From Psammoneis japonica (taxonomy: Eukaryota), in NCBI GenBank assembly GCA_008632985.1, contig QPGO01000252.1:1-64000 (forward strand): DNA of 64,000 nt, written 5' to 3'. The translations under genes were made by a program, and so were the position numbers. Below the pieces are notes generated by a model. The model did no database searches, had not been told where the DNA came from, and saw only the letters and a program-made list of their open reading frames with translations. Shown here in pieces: positions 13,101-25,268 of the stretch (position 1 is the first letter of the stretch; every line of letters starts with the position of its first letter).

Positions 13101-15222
13101 ACCATTGTGCACATGGTTGTGACACTGGGAGTCCAAGAAATGTTGTGACAAGATTGACCTGGCCATTGAGAAAGGCAGAAGCTTGCCATCACTTGGGTGG
13201 ATGATGATGACATCATGGATGTGCTTGCTGATGATGCCAACAGACCCCATGTTGTTCCCAATGATGACAATGTGGGGTTGCTGATGACATTGACAATGGC
13301 AATTTTGGTCCTTGAGAGGATGTCAGCTGTGGTGCAGATGAGCAACAGCTGAGTCAGGATGATTGATGTGACTCAAAAACCATGTCAAGGTCAGAGCATA
13401 AATTGAATCATCTGCAGATGTCACACAATCCAGCCAATGTTCTAAAAAGTCAAAACAAGCCTGCGGAGACTGAAGATGACATGGAAGTTGAGGCAGCCAA
13501 CATGCAGTGCCAGGACATGCCGATCCAGTGAATGTGACAAGGAAGTGATGTTGTGCAATGAAAAGGATGAATGGCAGAAAGGACTTGTTGCAGAGTGTGA
13601 TGGCTTCTTTGAGTTGAAGACTTGGACTGCAAAGAAGTGGAAGGACCCAGAAGGTGCCAAAGCAAGCAAGCCTTTGACCATGAAGAATGTCTGCAAGAAG
13701 AAGTTGCATGCCAGTGCAAAGGAGCTGAGACGTCACATCAGGAGTTGCACTTGAGGATTTGATGTGATTCCACCAGGTGCACACTTTGACAAACAACACC
13801 TGCAGATCAAACCATGAGACTGGCATTGGCAATGTCATTGTGGATGTTGTCAGAAATTGGGGCACAAGAGATGTGTGTTTGAAGCAGAGAAAGCTTGGAC
13901 AGTGGGAGATTTGTTTGATGTTGTTCAAGCATTTCTGAACTCTGAGATGACAGGAGATCCAGTTTGTGTCAATCTTCCACCATTGCAGAAGGAGTGTTGC
14001 AAGCACAAGGGGATTGAATGTGATCTCACTGATTTGATGTTGCTTTGAAAGGCACAGCATGGGCAAGTGGATGCAGCCACATGGTGGATGGACATGTTTG
14101 TCAAGATTGTGACAGAGAAAAGTGGAGCAGAATCCAAGAGGAGCAAGCCTGACCCTTGTGCATTGTGTTGGCATGACAAAATTGGCAAGTTGAAAGTGCC
14201 AGCGCTGACATGTGTTGATGATGGCTTCATCTGTGGGAAGCCCAAAGTGGTCAAATGGATGAAGGACTGTCTCACAACCAGAGTGAAGATCCCAGATGTT
14301 GGAAGGATCAACACACACCTTGGAGTTGATTGTGAGCTCAAGAAGGATGAGCATGGGTGGCACTTTGAGCCTTCTGTGGAGAAGTGTGTGTCACTGAAAT
14401 GGCGGCAGAGTGTGAGTTGCACACCAGAAAGAAAGCCAAGGATTTCAAGACACCTGGTGTTCCAAGTGAGATTCTGATGAAAGTGGATGATGAGACCATG
14501 ATCCTGTCAATGAGAGTGGATGCCATGCTCATGTTGTTGGAAAGATCTCATGTGCTGTGTTGAAGGTGTTGCCCAAGTCTGTGAATGCCACAAGAGCACC
14601 AATCATGCATTTGTTAAATCCGACCAAACAGCATTGGAAAGTGCTGGACAGGAGACTGGTCAGATGCTTGAAGCACTGCCATCATCTGTTGAAGCCAAGG
14701 ATGCCATTGGAGTCAAGGTCAATTGGCATTTGAAATTCTGGTTGCTGGGGAGCTGACAAAAATGCCAGAAGAGCATGACAAGAATGTTGAATGCTCTGGG
14801 CGGCACAGCACTCACAAGTTGGCAGTCAAAGAAGCAAGCCCACCACTGCTGCACTCAGCAGTTGTGAGAGCAAGACAATGGCAGGGATGACATTTGCACA
14901 AGATGTGTCATTTCAAAATGACTTGTTGGAGGAGATTTTGGGTGCAGATTTGTGGAAGATGCCAAGCTGTGTTTGTGGCAACAATGCGGCCTCACTGTTT
15001 TTGGTGGTGAACAATCAAGTTGGTCAGTGGGCCAAGGAAATCCACATTCATGACCAATTTTTTGGGCAAGTTGGTGGAGCAAGGCAAAGCAGAGCCATGC
15101 CATGTCAGTGCAGAAAACAATCTGGCAGATGTCAAGAGAAAGAATTCCAAGATTGAGACACAGAAAAGATCAAAAGAGACTTTGCATGAAGGGTTTGTCA
15201 TGGTCAAGACAATCAAGGAGGA

Positions 15223-15524
15223 TGTCAGAGAGCAAGAAGCTTGTGGGACTTGAGTCATGATTGAGTCCTGACCAGTGCTCAAGTTGATTCTGCAAAAAGG
15301 AAAGAACTGATGATCAGCCAACAAGTGCTGTCATTTGACAAGTGCAACGATGATCGCAGTTTGACAAGTGTCAATTTGGGCAAGAATGAAAAGAGAGGTG
15401 CAAGCAAAGCTGGTTTGTGATGTGCAAGCAGTGTGAGAAAAGTAAGAAGAAAATTTTTCTGGATGTTTTTGCATGCTGTCTGCAAGTTGCAGGCAGCGTC
15501 AGCCAGTCATTGGGTTGTCCAACA
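15223..15524 (+). repeat. 3' LTR
   Basis: tgtcagagagcaagaagct ... ttgtccaaca, directly after the polypurine tract. Confidence 0.9.
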
Positions 15525-17865
15525 GTGGGCCACAACCTGGCTTTTGGGGGAGCCCTGCTTGTCCTGAGACAGCTTCTTTTGGACAGACAAGAGGTGGCAA
15601 GAAAGAAAAAGATTTTATTTGAAGAAGTGTGCAGGTGAAGAAAAAAAGGTTTTGCTCCTCTTCAAGTTTGCACATCATCCTGCCAAGAGATTTTGGATTG
15701 TGAGAGGCACAAAAGGGGAGGCCACCAAAGGCAGCCCTGAAGCACAAAATGTAAAGAAGAAAAGGCCAGGGAGAAAAGAAGAGAAAAGAGAGGGAGGAGA
15801 AAAGGAGAAAGAGTTGCCACATTGTCAATTTGTGATCATCAGGCTTTCCTGCAAAGAGTGTGTGGGAAATGCTTTGTGGCAATCTGGTTTGGTGTTGCAC
15901 CAGAGTTGAGCCACTGTGGCTTTTAGCCATGGGGTGGCGTTGGCATGGGAAAGGCCCAAAATCACATCTTTGGTGAACACTTGCACCAGCCAAGATCTCT
16001 TTGCCCTGGCATCTCCTTGGCAAAGCTGCACTCCATGAATTTTCCTGCCATGTTCTTTCAGCAGCCATTTGACATGTGACATGCAAATCTTGCTGCCAAG
16101 GCCTGCTTAAGATCCAGTGCCATGCATCAAGTTGGCATGTTGAAGGTTCCATGCATTGGAAACTTTTCTTGAGAAATCCTCGTGACTCAAGTCGCCACCA
16201 AACACGTTCTGCAATTCTGCTGCAATGCTCCAGAGCTGCATCATTTGCCAGTTAGATGGACTTTGTGACTCTAAAAGGCACACGTTTTGGAGTGCTGGTG
16301 AGCCCACCTTCCCCAACTTTTGACTCCAAACTTGCTGCTCACAACAAAAATCTCCTGCAGAAGCCAGGGAGGATGAGGAGCTGAGGAAACCATGAAGCCA
16401 GTGACAGGAGCAGTGGGGGTGCAACACTGGCACTGTGGGTGGCAGTGCTGGCTGCACTGGCATTGGCTGGGGCACTGTTTGCAGCTTCCTCAATGCTTTC
16501 AGTTGGCACCTGTTCCATTTGACAATGGAGAGGTCGTCAAGCTCCCCATGCCAATTCTCATGAGCAGTGGCCACTCATCAACCTTTGCCCATCTCTTGCA
16601 TTTGCCACAGTCTGCACACCACAACCCCCAAGCTCAAGGGAAAATGATTCCATGGTGCATTGACAGATTAGAGCGCTGAGCCCAGAGTGCTTCATGCAAG
16701 CACAGCTCAACAGTGCAGGGGTTGGCAATGTTCACTGCACTGTTGGTGCTTTCTGGGCTGTGGAGAATGGGCCATTTTGAGCTGGTGAAGACAAACTTGC
16801 AATTCAACCCCACTTGTTTCCAGACCTTCACAGTTTGAGTGACAACTCTGTCTTAAAGCAGATCACTGCCATCATCTGTCAGAACTTGCCAGATGAGAGC
16901 TGCCCCAAAGACTTGGAAAACTCATTCTCTGCAAAATCATCATCATGCAAAGAGAGCACATCAGAGCTGATGGACACCCATCAACAAATGGTTTGGATGT
17001 TTGCAGTTGCTCTGGTTGCTCAACAGGGACAACAATTGATGTGTGTGCAGACAAGTCATTCTTTGCAGGATGAGGGGGCTTCATGGAGCCAAGAGCTTGG
17101 CACATGTTGACGTGGGGACAAAGGAGCCAAGACTCAAGTGCTTGGAAGCCACATGACAAACACCATCAGCACATTGTTGGAAAAACTTTTTGTCATGTCT
17201 GCACCTGACTTTAAGCCTGGGAGAACATTGCACGTTGTGGTCTGAATGTGCGCAGCATTGTCAACTGTGTGCCACACAGCGGTCATTGCCAAGTTCTCAC
17301 CATCAAATCCTGTGGCAACTGAGCTTCAAGAAGCCACTTAAGAGGCAAGAATTTCTGATGCTTGCCATCCCAATGAGGCGCCAGAATGTGTTTTGAGTCC
17401 TTGGTCAGAAACAATTCAACAAGACCTCAACTCTGGAAACCAAGATTTGGCAGGCATCGCCAATGTGGCGAGCCAACAAACTGCCATGCTGCCATCTGTC
17501 AGCACCAAATTGAAAGAGCTTGTGCAACAAAGGCAACAATGTGAGGCATGCTGTGATGTGCAGCAGCAACAGACGTCGCATCTCCAACACAAGTTTGCGC
17601 CCATCAAAGGAGAACCAGCAGCACCAGCAGCATGAGCTCACGGCAAGCTTGAATGTCTCAAGACGCTGGAGGAGCCATCGCCAAGAAAGTGGCCCACATC
17701 AGATCTGCCACGCATGCAGCAGCAGGACAATTCTGCAGCAGAGGAAAGCAACAAAAGTGCTCCACTGGAAACAGCTGGCTCGCCTTGTCGCGGTGTCGAA
17801 GCACTCCGAACCAGCTCAGCTGAGAGAGACAATGACAACAACATGGAATTTCAGAACCGGAAAAA

Positions 17866-18385
17866 TTCTTTTCCTGGCCAGTGCATGAGATCTTTCATTT
17901 GAGTGCTTGAAAAGGGCGGGAAAATGAACACCGAATGTTTGCAGGTGGTGGTCTGAATTTCTGACAAATTCTCATCCTGGCCAGCGCATGAGATCTTTTA
18001 TTTGAGCGCGTGAAAAGGGCGGGAAAATGGAAAACATAATGTTTTAGGTTGAATTTATGATGAGTTCTTTTCCTGGCCAGCGCATGAGAGTCTTTCATCA
18101 TTTGAGCGTGTGGAAAGGGTGGGAAAATGGAACATTGAAGTTTTCGTGGCACGAACTTCAGGTCTGACGACTTCTTTTCCTGGCCAGCGCATGAGATCTT
18201 TCATTTGAGCGCGTAAAAGGGCGGGAAAGTGGAACATTGAAGTTACTAATGTCTGAATTTCTGATGAATTCTTTTCCTGGCCAGCGCATGAGATCTTTCA
18301 TTTGAGCGCGTGAAAAGGGCGGGAAAGTGGAACATTGGAATTTATAATGTTTGAATATCTGATTACGTGAAAAGGGCGGGAAAAT
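17866..18385. repeat. ~100 bp minisatellite, 5 units plus a partial one: ~65 bp conserved core and a variable linker
   Basis: Core ttcttttcctggccagcgcatgagatctttcatttgagcgcgtgaaaagggcgggaaaRtggaacat starts at 17866, 17969, 18065, 18172 and 18269, with a partial unit at ~18365. Confidence 0.92.
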
Positions 18386-18580
18386 CGATGTTTTGGGTTT
18401 GTGCAGATGGATACGCCACAGGCCACCACGAGTGGATCCTCTGATACTGTAGTCTAAAGGCAAGCACACATTTTTGTCACGCTTTCAGCTTTTAAGAACC
18501 CTCTGTCGGTGATTGCATCTCACTCTACTCTAGCTAGCTAGCTACGGCCCTAGTTCATTTTATCTTCGTCTGGGAGCAGC

Positions 18581-19534
18581 ATGATGAGCTCACTCGCTTA
18601 CTCCCCCCTCCTTCTCCTCCTCTTTTCAACGACCGCTTCAGTCGAGGCAAAAACATTGGATAGGACGGGAACGGCCAATTGTGACTGCGAGGGCGAGAAA
18701 AGGTGTACAGCTTCATGTCCAGTTGAAGGATGCGTCAATGTCTGTGAATGCTTAATAGAAGGAGTGGAGATGCCGGTGGAGTGTAGGTTGGATCTGTGTT
18801 GTGACGACAGACGTTTGCTCCAAGAGAGTGCAACGGCGTATGACCCAGCGGTACACGAGCTTGACGAACTCACCAAGTATCAAGTCTGTGAAAAAATGAA
18901 ATATGATGTACGTGCTTACTTTGTAGCTTCTCAGATCATCGCGTGTATGTACTGAATTACTTCGCCTCACCATGCATTCACTACCACGTTTTATTGTATG
19001 CAGATTGTGCTGCACGTAGACAACCACTTGTTGGCAGCTGCGCTACCCGACGAGGATGCAGTCGCCGAGGGTTGTCCGACAATGGTTACCCATGCGCAGT
19101 TGCAAGGTGATCACGAGACGATCAAAAAGCAGCTTCTGGTTTGGGATCATCAACCGGAAGATTTCCTTGAATACGCCGAGGGTTCCTATCCGCTTGGACA
19201 GATGCAGTTGTCTGAGTTCCTTCATGCCTACGAGAATGCCGAGGTTGGGGTCGAAAACTACGATGTCATCGACCATAACTGCGCTGACTATATGATCTCA
19301 TTTGTGAATGTGGCTGGTATCAAGATCAACAGCGGAGCGACCAAGTACGTGGCTCGTCGTCTTTTGGGAGGTGACGGTGGGAAAAAATTGGTAAAGTCGA
19401 TTCGAAACAGTGCGAGCTTCCTCTCCCTCCTGTCATCTAAGGAAAGCGATCACAAGCGCAAGCTCCGCGCTTTGTCAGACGACGAAGTTGTCGAGCATCT
19501 CGTTGAACACAAGTTGACCAAGCAGCATCCATAG
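18581..19534 (+). CDS. Secreted protein: signal peptide, Cys-rich module, RxL site, possible permuted papain-like (PPPDE/LRAT-like) domain
   Basis: Exon 1 18581-18907; phase-0 intron 18908-19003 (gtacgt...atgcag); exon 2 19004-19534, joining as KMKYD|IVLHVDNH. Hydrophobic N-terminus, 9-Cys module followed by DDRRLL, and YDVIDHNCADY resembling the YxxxxxNC catalytic motif. The domain call is tentative. Confidence 0.75.
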
Positions 19535-20309
19535 CCCACAGCACACCGGTAGCCTTACAATGCTACCCATTACATAATCATTTCCATCTAATACATAATG
19601 TAATCTACTTTTAATGGCAGCATGCCATATCCAGCTAGCCACAGCAACACCGTGACTCTTCTTGTGGCCACGCCATAATCATGATTGCGGCGACCCTCAA
19701 CTGCCAGCTAGAGTTCGGCGCAGATCGGCCGGACCGACGCGGAGACCAACAGGAAATTGTCTGTGCCCCCCCTGCGCGAGTGGGGGGTCTGTTTCGCGTT
19801 GCTGTGCTTCGGAGACGTTCTGTACGCCGTGGAAGCAGTCCTCGGGGCTACGAGCACCCGAGGAGCCGCAGCAACCTCACTTTTTTCTTTCATCAACGTT
19901 GTGATGCACGTTGATGAGTTGAGAGTGAGTTTTCGCTTGCAGGCCACACCACACACCCTCAGTGGCTCTCTGGCAAGAGCTCTGATTCTGGGCTCCCGGA
20001 ATTGTGAGATCCTGCTTGAGGTCTGGTGCTCGTGGCTCACGCAACAACCAACCAGAGTTGCTCAGTCAGGAGCATCAGCCACCAGAGAACAGCATGGTCA
20101 GAGAACAACAGAGGGCAATCAACCAGTGATTGCCAGTGACCAGCACAGCTGGCTGCCCAGGCAAATTTCATGATTCCACACCTGCGATCCTCCTTGCCGG
20201 CTGCGCAGTTGTCAAGATTGCTCACAAGCTACACGCAAGATCAGCTCTCATTTTGAGCACACTCTGACCTTTCCATCAAGATTGCAAGGGCAACCCTGGT
20301 GCACACCAT

Positions 20310-21470
20310 GAAAAACCTGGTTTTCTGGGAAGCCAGGCTTGTTCAAGATTCTTCTCATGGGCACACAAGAGGTGGCAAAGAAAAAAGTTTTGATTGAAGT
20401 GTGCAAAGGAAGAAAGGGGGGAACATGACTTTTGCTTCTCTTCCAGTTTGAGTGTCATCCTGCTGCCAGGGACCATGCTTGTTTTCTCTGCAAATGAAAG
20501 CATTTGTTTGATGTCAGACAACCAGCTGCTGCAGCACTTGGGTTGGCGCATTGTTGCTCAATGTCAAATGCACTGCACATGACCTCCAGCTTTAGGTGGC
20601 ACTTTGCAGTGGGCAGGAGGTGACATTTTGCATTTTTGACACCTTGCAGTGCAAAACCCATGTGTGCACACTTCCACATGACTTTGGATCCATTTTGTGC
20701 TGGCCAGTGTTGCAGGCTGTTGGGCCAACCACTGAGTGACTTTTGTTTTGTTTTTGTGCAGTTGCATTCAGTGACAGCTGCAGAGTGCAGCCACACTCTC
20801 TGGCTCTCCAAAATTTTGAGGGTGAAGAGGTGTGGTGGTGGCGCAGAAGTGCTGTCATTTGATTTGACATCAAAGAGAAGTGGAGACTGTTTTGGTCATG
20901 AAGTGGTGTGCTGTGGTGCCTCAAAAGCAGTCATTTGTTTTGATGTCAAAGACAAGCACACTTCTGTTGCTGCCTGGCATGTGAGCTGTAGAGCTCCTGA
21001 ACAGAGGAGCTCTGTGGCCCTCACCCACACAGTCAGGACCCTCAGCAGACTGGCCATGCCCATTTCAGGTTGGGGTCATTCTTGGCTTTTGTTGCAGAAT
21101 GATGATGAGCTGCAAGGCTGCACATGCACTCCAGAATGAAAAAGCACTTCCAAACAAGCTGAAAAGAAAACAAAAAAAAACTGCAAGACTGCAAACCTGG
21201 CAGTTGAGAGAGCAACCTCGCCACTCCAGAAGGTTGCTCTGCATTGGAGCTCATTTGTGGCACCAGGTTTTGGTGGAGCTCTTGCCTCACTTGTGTTGAC
21301 TGTGTGGGCCACACAAAACCTGGCTTTTCTGCTCATCTTGAGACAGCTTCTTTTGGGTGCAGAGAAGAGGTGACAAAGAAAAAAATTTGACTGAAGTGGT
21401 GCAGAGGAAGAAAAAAAAGTTTTGTTTCTCCTTGAGCATGTGTGTTGTCCTTCTGCACAGGGACCATGCC
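20310..21470. repeat. ~1 kb repeat unit plus the start of a second tandem unit (same family as 9375-9861 and 15525-15690)
   Basis: The aaacctgg...agaggtgRcaaagaaaaaa...tgaagtg...agggaccatgc block occurs at ~20310-20470 and ~21315-21470; a related block is at ~15532-15690. Confidence 0.75.
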
Positions 21471-22501
21471 AACTTTCTCTGCACTTGTGAGCTTTTGTTT
21501 GATGCCCAACCAAAGGGCCCAAAAACGTGCTGTGTGACAAGCCATTTTGTGTCAACACTTTGGGCAGCCAGCCCACACACCCAGAATTTGCACCAGGGAG
21601 GGGGTGAAGGAAAAAACAAAATTGTAATTTTCATTGTTTGCCCCAACAAGTTTCCCCCCCTCATTTTCAAATGCCACGGTCTTTCGAAGCTTCAGCTTCT
21701 GTCGATTTTGCGGAATGGTTTTTCTTCATTTTTGGCTCAAGAAAATGTGACAAAACTCATTTTGAACAGCACTGGACATTTTTCATTAAAATCCATCATC
21801 AAGGTTTGCACCTTTCACACAATTCTTGGCAAGGCAATGGGTGACGTTGACTGAGTTTGCTTCATTCAAGATGATCAGAACTCTGATTTGAGTCATTCAC
21901 AACAACCCTCTCACCCCTCCCTTTTTTGTGGGACAGTTTGTTTCAAATTCAAATCCTGCCAAATGACTCAAACTGCAAAAACCAAAAAAGGCCTCTCAGG
22001 GGGGACTGTTTTGATGCACTGGAATTTGAGATTCATCCCTTGCAGATTTCACTGAGGCTGTTCCAAGATCATTCCAAAAGCATTTCAAGAACATTCTCAA
22101 ATGCACCAATTTGTGTGGAAAGCCAACTTTGGACAATTGGCCAATGGGACAGCCAGAACTGCCCAAGCATGGCACAACATTGCAAAAGTTAAATGGATTT
22201 GATCAACATGTTGCTGACAGGCACACCTGTCAAAACCAGTTTGTGTTTTCTCCAAAAAAAAAAAAAAGAGTGGCTCTTGGAAGCCTCAACACTTTTCAAA
22301 TGCAGCAGCTGTGGTTGAACTGTTGCGGGATGCAGTGCAACTGCTGGGCTGGGTTTGCACCAAATGTGCCTCTGCAACAATCACCAACAGCTCCAACATT
22401 GAAACACCATTCAATGAAACAGGCATTTTGTCATTCCCTCATTTGACCATTCTCGGAACATTCCAAAAACATTCCTGAACTGCAACCAAACTGCACCCAA
22501 A

Positions 22502-23116
22502 GTTGACTCTGTCATTCTGCCTGTCTTCCATGCATGACCATGTGAGCTCCAATTTCAACTTCCTCCATCAAAATCTCTGATCGACACTGCAGTCACAATT
22601 TTCAGTCAACAGCTTTTGCAACAACAAAACAGCTTTTGTGGTGTGCAACCTTGAGCTTTGCTCTTTTGATTTCTCTAGTTGTGCATTGGTGTGACAAAGC
22701 ACAATCTACATCTGCTGATCAGAAACCCACAAAACAGGACAACCGCAATGTGAGATGACATGCCCGATGCAAGACTTGATGCTGACTGGGTCTTCATGAC
22801 CACGAGGCCAGCAAAGTTGGCACCAACAAAGCAATCAATGCACTCATTGTTGAAAAGGGTGCAAACAGAGTCCCTTGTCCTCAGCACCCAGCAAATGTCA
22901 TGGAACATGCTTCATGGTTGAGATGGAGAGTCGACGTCTGCCTCATTCTGCCTGCCTTCCATGTGGGACTGGTGCGCGCACTCCAACCTCAGATTCCACC
23001 ATCAAAATTTCTGATTGATGCATTTTTTTCTTTTGCAACAACAGCAGCTTCTGCAGTTTACAACCTTGAGCTCTTGCTCTTTCATCATCTCTGGTTGTGC
23101 ATGGCGCAACAAGTCC
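22502..23116. repeat. Diverged direct repeat, two ~190 bp copies about 430 bp apart
   Basis: 22502-22700 vs 22931-23116 share tcattctgcctgYcttccatg, ccatcaaaatYtctgat, cttttgcaacaaca, caaccttgagct and gttgtgcat. Confidence 0.75.
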
Positions 23117-23824
23117 AAAAGGGAATCTTTGAAAAGGCCTGTCCTCACGAAACACAATGTTTCGCTGCACACTCCTGAGCAGATGAGAACCCCAACAGCT
23201 CTGCAGAAGATCAATCCACCTGCAGTGACAAAAGCTTCTGTGCACTGAAAGTGGTGGCAGTGGCACACAGCCAGCATCACATGATGGTGAGAACAAAAAA
23301 GACAAGCACAAGATGCCCACAGAAGCACGCACTTGCCGCGTCAATGCACCCACCACCCAAAGCTGCCTGCAGCACATCATAAAGCCCAGAAAGTCATCCA
23401 GAGGCCAATGCAGCAGGGTTGGAATGGATTTTGGAACAGCAGTGCTGTCGGTTCATTCGCATCGTGCTTTGCTCCGCAAGACGATGCACCAGAAGGCGAA
23501 CCGCGTGACCGTGTGGTGATGTTCGAAAAAGCGCGAAAAAACAAGGAAAAATGAAAATTTCGATTCTTCACCTTCCAGCGCGCGACGCGCAACTGAAAAA
23601 GTGGGAGCAAGTAATTTCCCTCCGACAATTTTAAATTTGGGCAGCCGTTCCCGATGTTCGCGCAATGACGTGTTATGGTTTCCTTCGCCTTTCGCCTTTC
23701 GCCGCTTCCACCAAAAAGAGCGGAATACGGTGCTTGTTGTACAACCACACTGTACAACGGCTCTGAACTTCCTCCTTACAGCAGCAGCAACAGGAAATCT
23801 GCAAATCCCGAACGCCTTTTACAA

Positions 23825-25268
23825 ATGAAGTCGTTGCTGATAACTTTCGTAACACTGTTTACAACACATGCTGTTGTTCTCGGACTCTCGACTCCCGCCA
23901 CTACAACGCGGCCAACACCAACCACAGCAAAAGCAACGTCGTTCAATCAAGAAGCACTCGAAAAGTACAAGTTCCCTCGAACATGGGTTCCAATGGCATC
24001 CACCTTTGAACTGGATCCCAATCGACCAACGCCGCTGCAGTTTCTCGGACAAACCTATGTTACCTACCAAGACAATGACGAAAATTGGATCGTCATGGAC
24101 GATACGTGTCCGCATCGACTGGCGCCCTGTCGGAAGGCCGTATCGATCGCTCCAAAAACGTGATTCAATGCTCCTATCACGGATGGGAATTTGATTCTCA
24201 CGGCAAGTGTGTTCGAATCCACAAGCCACGGAACGAATTGAGCAAGCCGCTCTCAACACAAAACTCTCGTGTGTAACATCCTTACCGGTGCACGTGGAGA
24301 ACCAAGTCCTTTTTGTGTGGCCTTGGAAAGATGATGTTTTGACTGTCGCAAACAATGTATCCGCTTGTCCCGAGGGCTCATGGAGGATGTGAATCCAATC
24401 ATGGCCACGTATACTCGTGATTTACCCTATGGTTGGGATTCGCTTGTGGAAAACCTGATTGATCCCTCTCATGTGCCCTTTGCTCATCACGGCATGCAGG
24501 GCAAACGAGATGATGCTATACCCATCAACATGACTTTGCCTACATTAAACAAGGAGAAGGGATTTTCCTTTACATGGGGCGACCGCACAATGGGCATGAT
24601 GCGGGCGGGGACTGGAGAATTTCGTGCTCCGTTCTTGACAAAGTACAATGCGGACTTTGATACGGGACGACCATTTCGATTGTCCGTCTTTTGTGTACCA
24701 ACCAGACCCGGGTGGTCACGAGCCATTATTTTATCGGAAAAGAGCAACGCGACGTGGAAACAACCGATGGAGATGACAAGAAAAGCTTTTCGCTCATGAG
24801 CGCCGTGTTTAAACGAATCCCCATTTGGCTCGTTCATTTACTCAGCAATCGCTTTTTAGATTCTGATTTGGCCTTTTTGCATTACCAGGAACGCAAACGA
24901 CGACAAGAGAAGCAAAGTATTTCATGCCGGCTCCAGCTGACCGGTGCATTGCGGCGCTCCAAAAGTGGGTTTCAACCTATACAAACATTTGCAACGAGGA
25001 CATCTCCCAGCGACACCCCTACCCGTTCGACTCTGTTTGATCGGTACAGTCAACACACGAGCCATTGCAAACACTGTCAAGCGGGTCTAAAGTCGATCCA
25101 AACATGGCGGCGCGCCACCTATGCGATATTGGCCACGTCTGTAATGCTGGCAAGCAATTCTTAGTTGCCAAAGTATTCGTGTTGCTTAGTCTTGGACTCT
25201 TGCGGGCGCTTTTCAAGCTAGAAGGTCCATTCAAAGAGGGCGAATTCAAGCATTACGAGAATCATTAA
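23825..25268 (+). CDS. Rieske non-heme iron oxygenase, pheophorbide a oxygenase/Tic55/PTC52 family, probably plastid-targeted; frameshifted in this assembly
   Basis: Signal peptide MKSLLITFVTLFTTHAVVLG followed by a Thr-rich transit-like stretch. Rieske CPHRLAP..LSEG..CSYHGW, mononuclear Fe motif ENLIDPSHVPFAHH, FLDSD and C-terminal HTSHCKHC. Split over several frames by small shifts, of which those at ~24128, ~24220 and ~24372 are in homopolymer runs. Confidence 0.88.

Larger units (their letters stand above)
9862..15524 (+). mobile_element. Full-length, heavily mutated Ty1/copia LTR retrotransposon
   Basis: Two TG...CA LTRs and a PPT (aaggagga) before the 3' LTR; flanks ctgggc/gtgggc form a TSD. 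Domains in Copia order: Gag zinc knuckle CSFCGKWGHKEKDC (10975-11016), protease LDSGS (11849-11863), integrase (LADQCT, LDNA, PQFNAAVKRAF; ~12470-12900), RT (DVVQAFLNSE, DPC, CVDD at 14211-14222), RNase H (LSSCES, ENNLADV). Many frameshifts and TGA stops. Confidence 0.93.
2700..17860. other. TpA- and CpG-depleted hypermutated domain (largest block). Similar blocks at ~1-1130, 19900-23440, 25500-26270, 32900-39950, 41720-47450, 49930-50470 and 50960-58150
   Basis: Manual scan found one TA in 4201-5100 and none in 13501-14600, although T and A are abundant. ORF translations here almost lack Tyr and are rich in Cys, His and Gln. Boundaries approximate. Confidence 0.92.

Noticed and set aside
9862..15524. 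ADAR-type RNA editing or reverse-transcriptase error during retrotransposition
   Set aside because: That would be strand-biased and copied identically into both LTRs. Here both TG and CA products occur, the LTRs differ from each other, and non-retroelement DNA is affected.
2700..17860. Classical fungal RIP or simple CpG methylation decay as the full explanation
   Set aside because: RIP raises TpA and lowers CpA/TpG, the opposite of what is seen. 5mC deamination cannot turn TAY codons into TGY or CAY.
17866..18385. CRISPR array (repeat-spacer appearance)
   Set aside because: The core is ~65 bp, the linkers are related to each other (shared tgaatttctgatga-like motif), no cas genes are present and the context is eukaryotic. 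It is a minisatellite.
23825..25268. Rieske oxygenase as a pseudogene or programmed-frameshift gene
   Set aside because: All cofactor motifs are intact, composition is unmutated, and the same homopolymer deletions occur in essential COPA, so assembly error is more likely.
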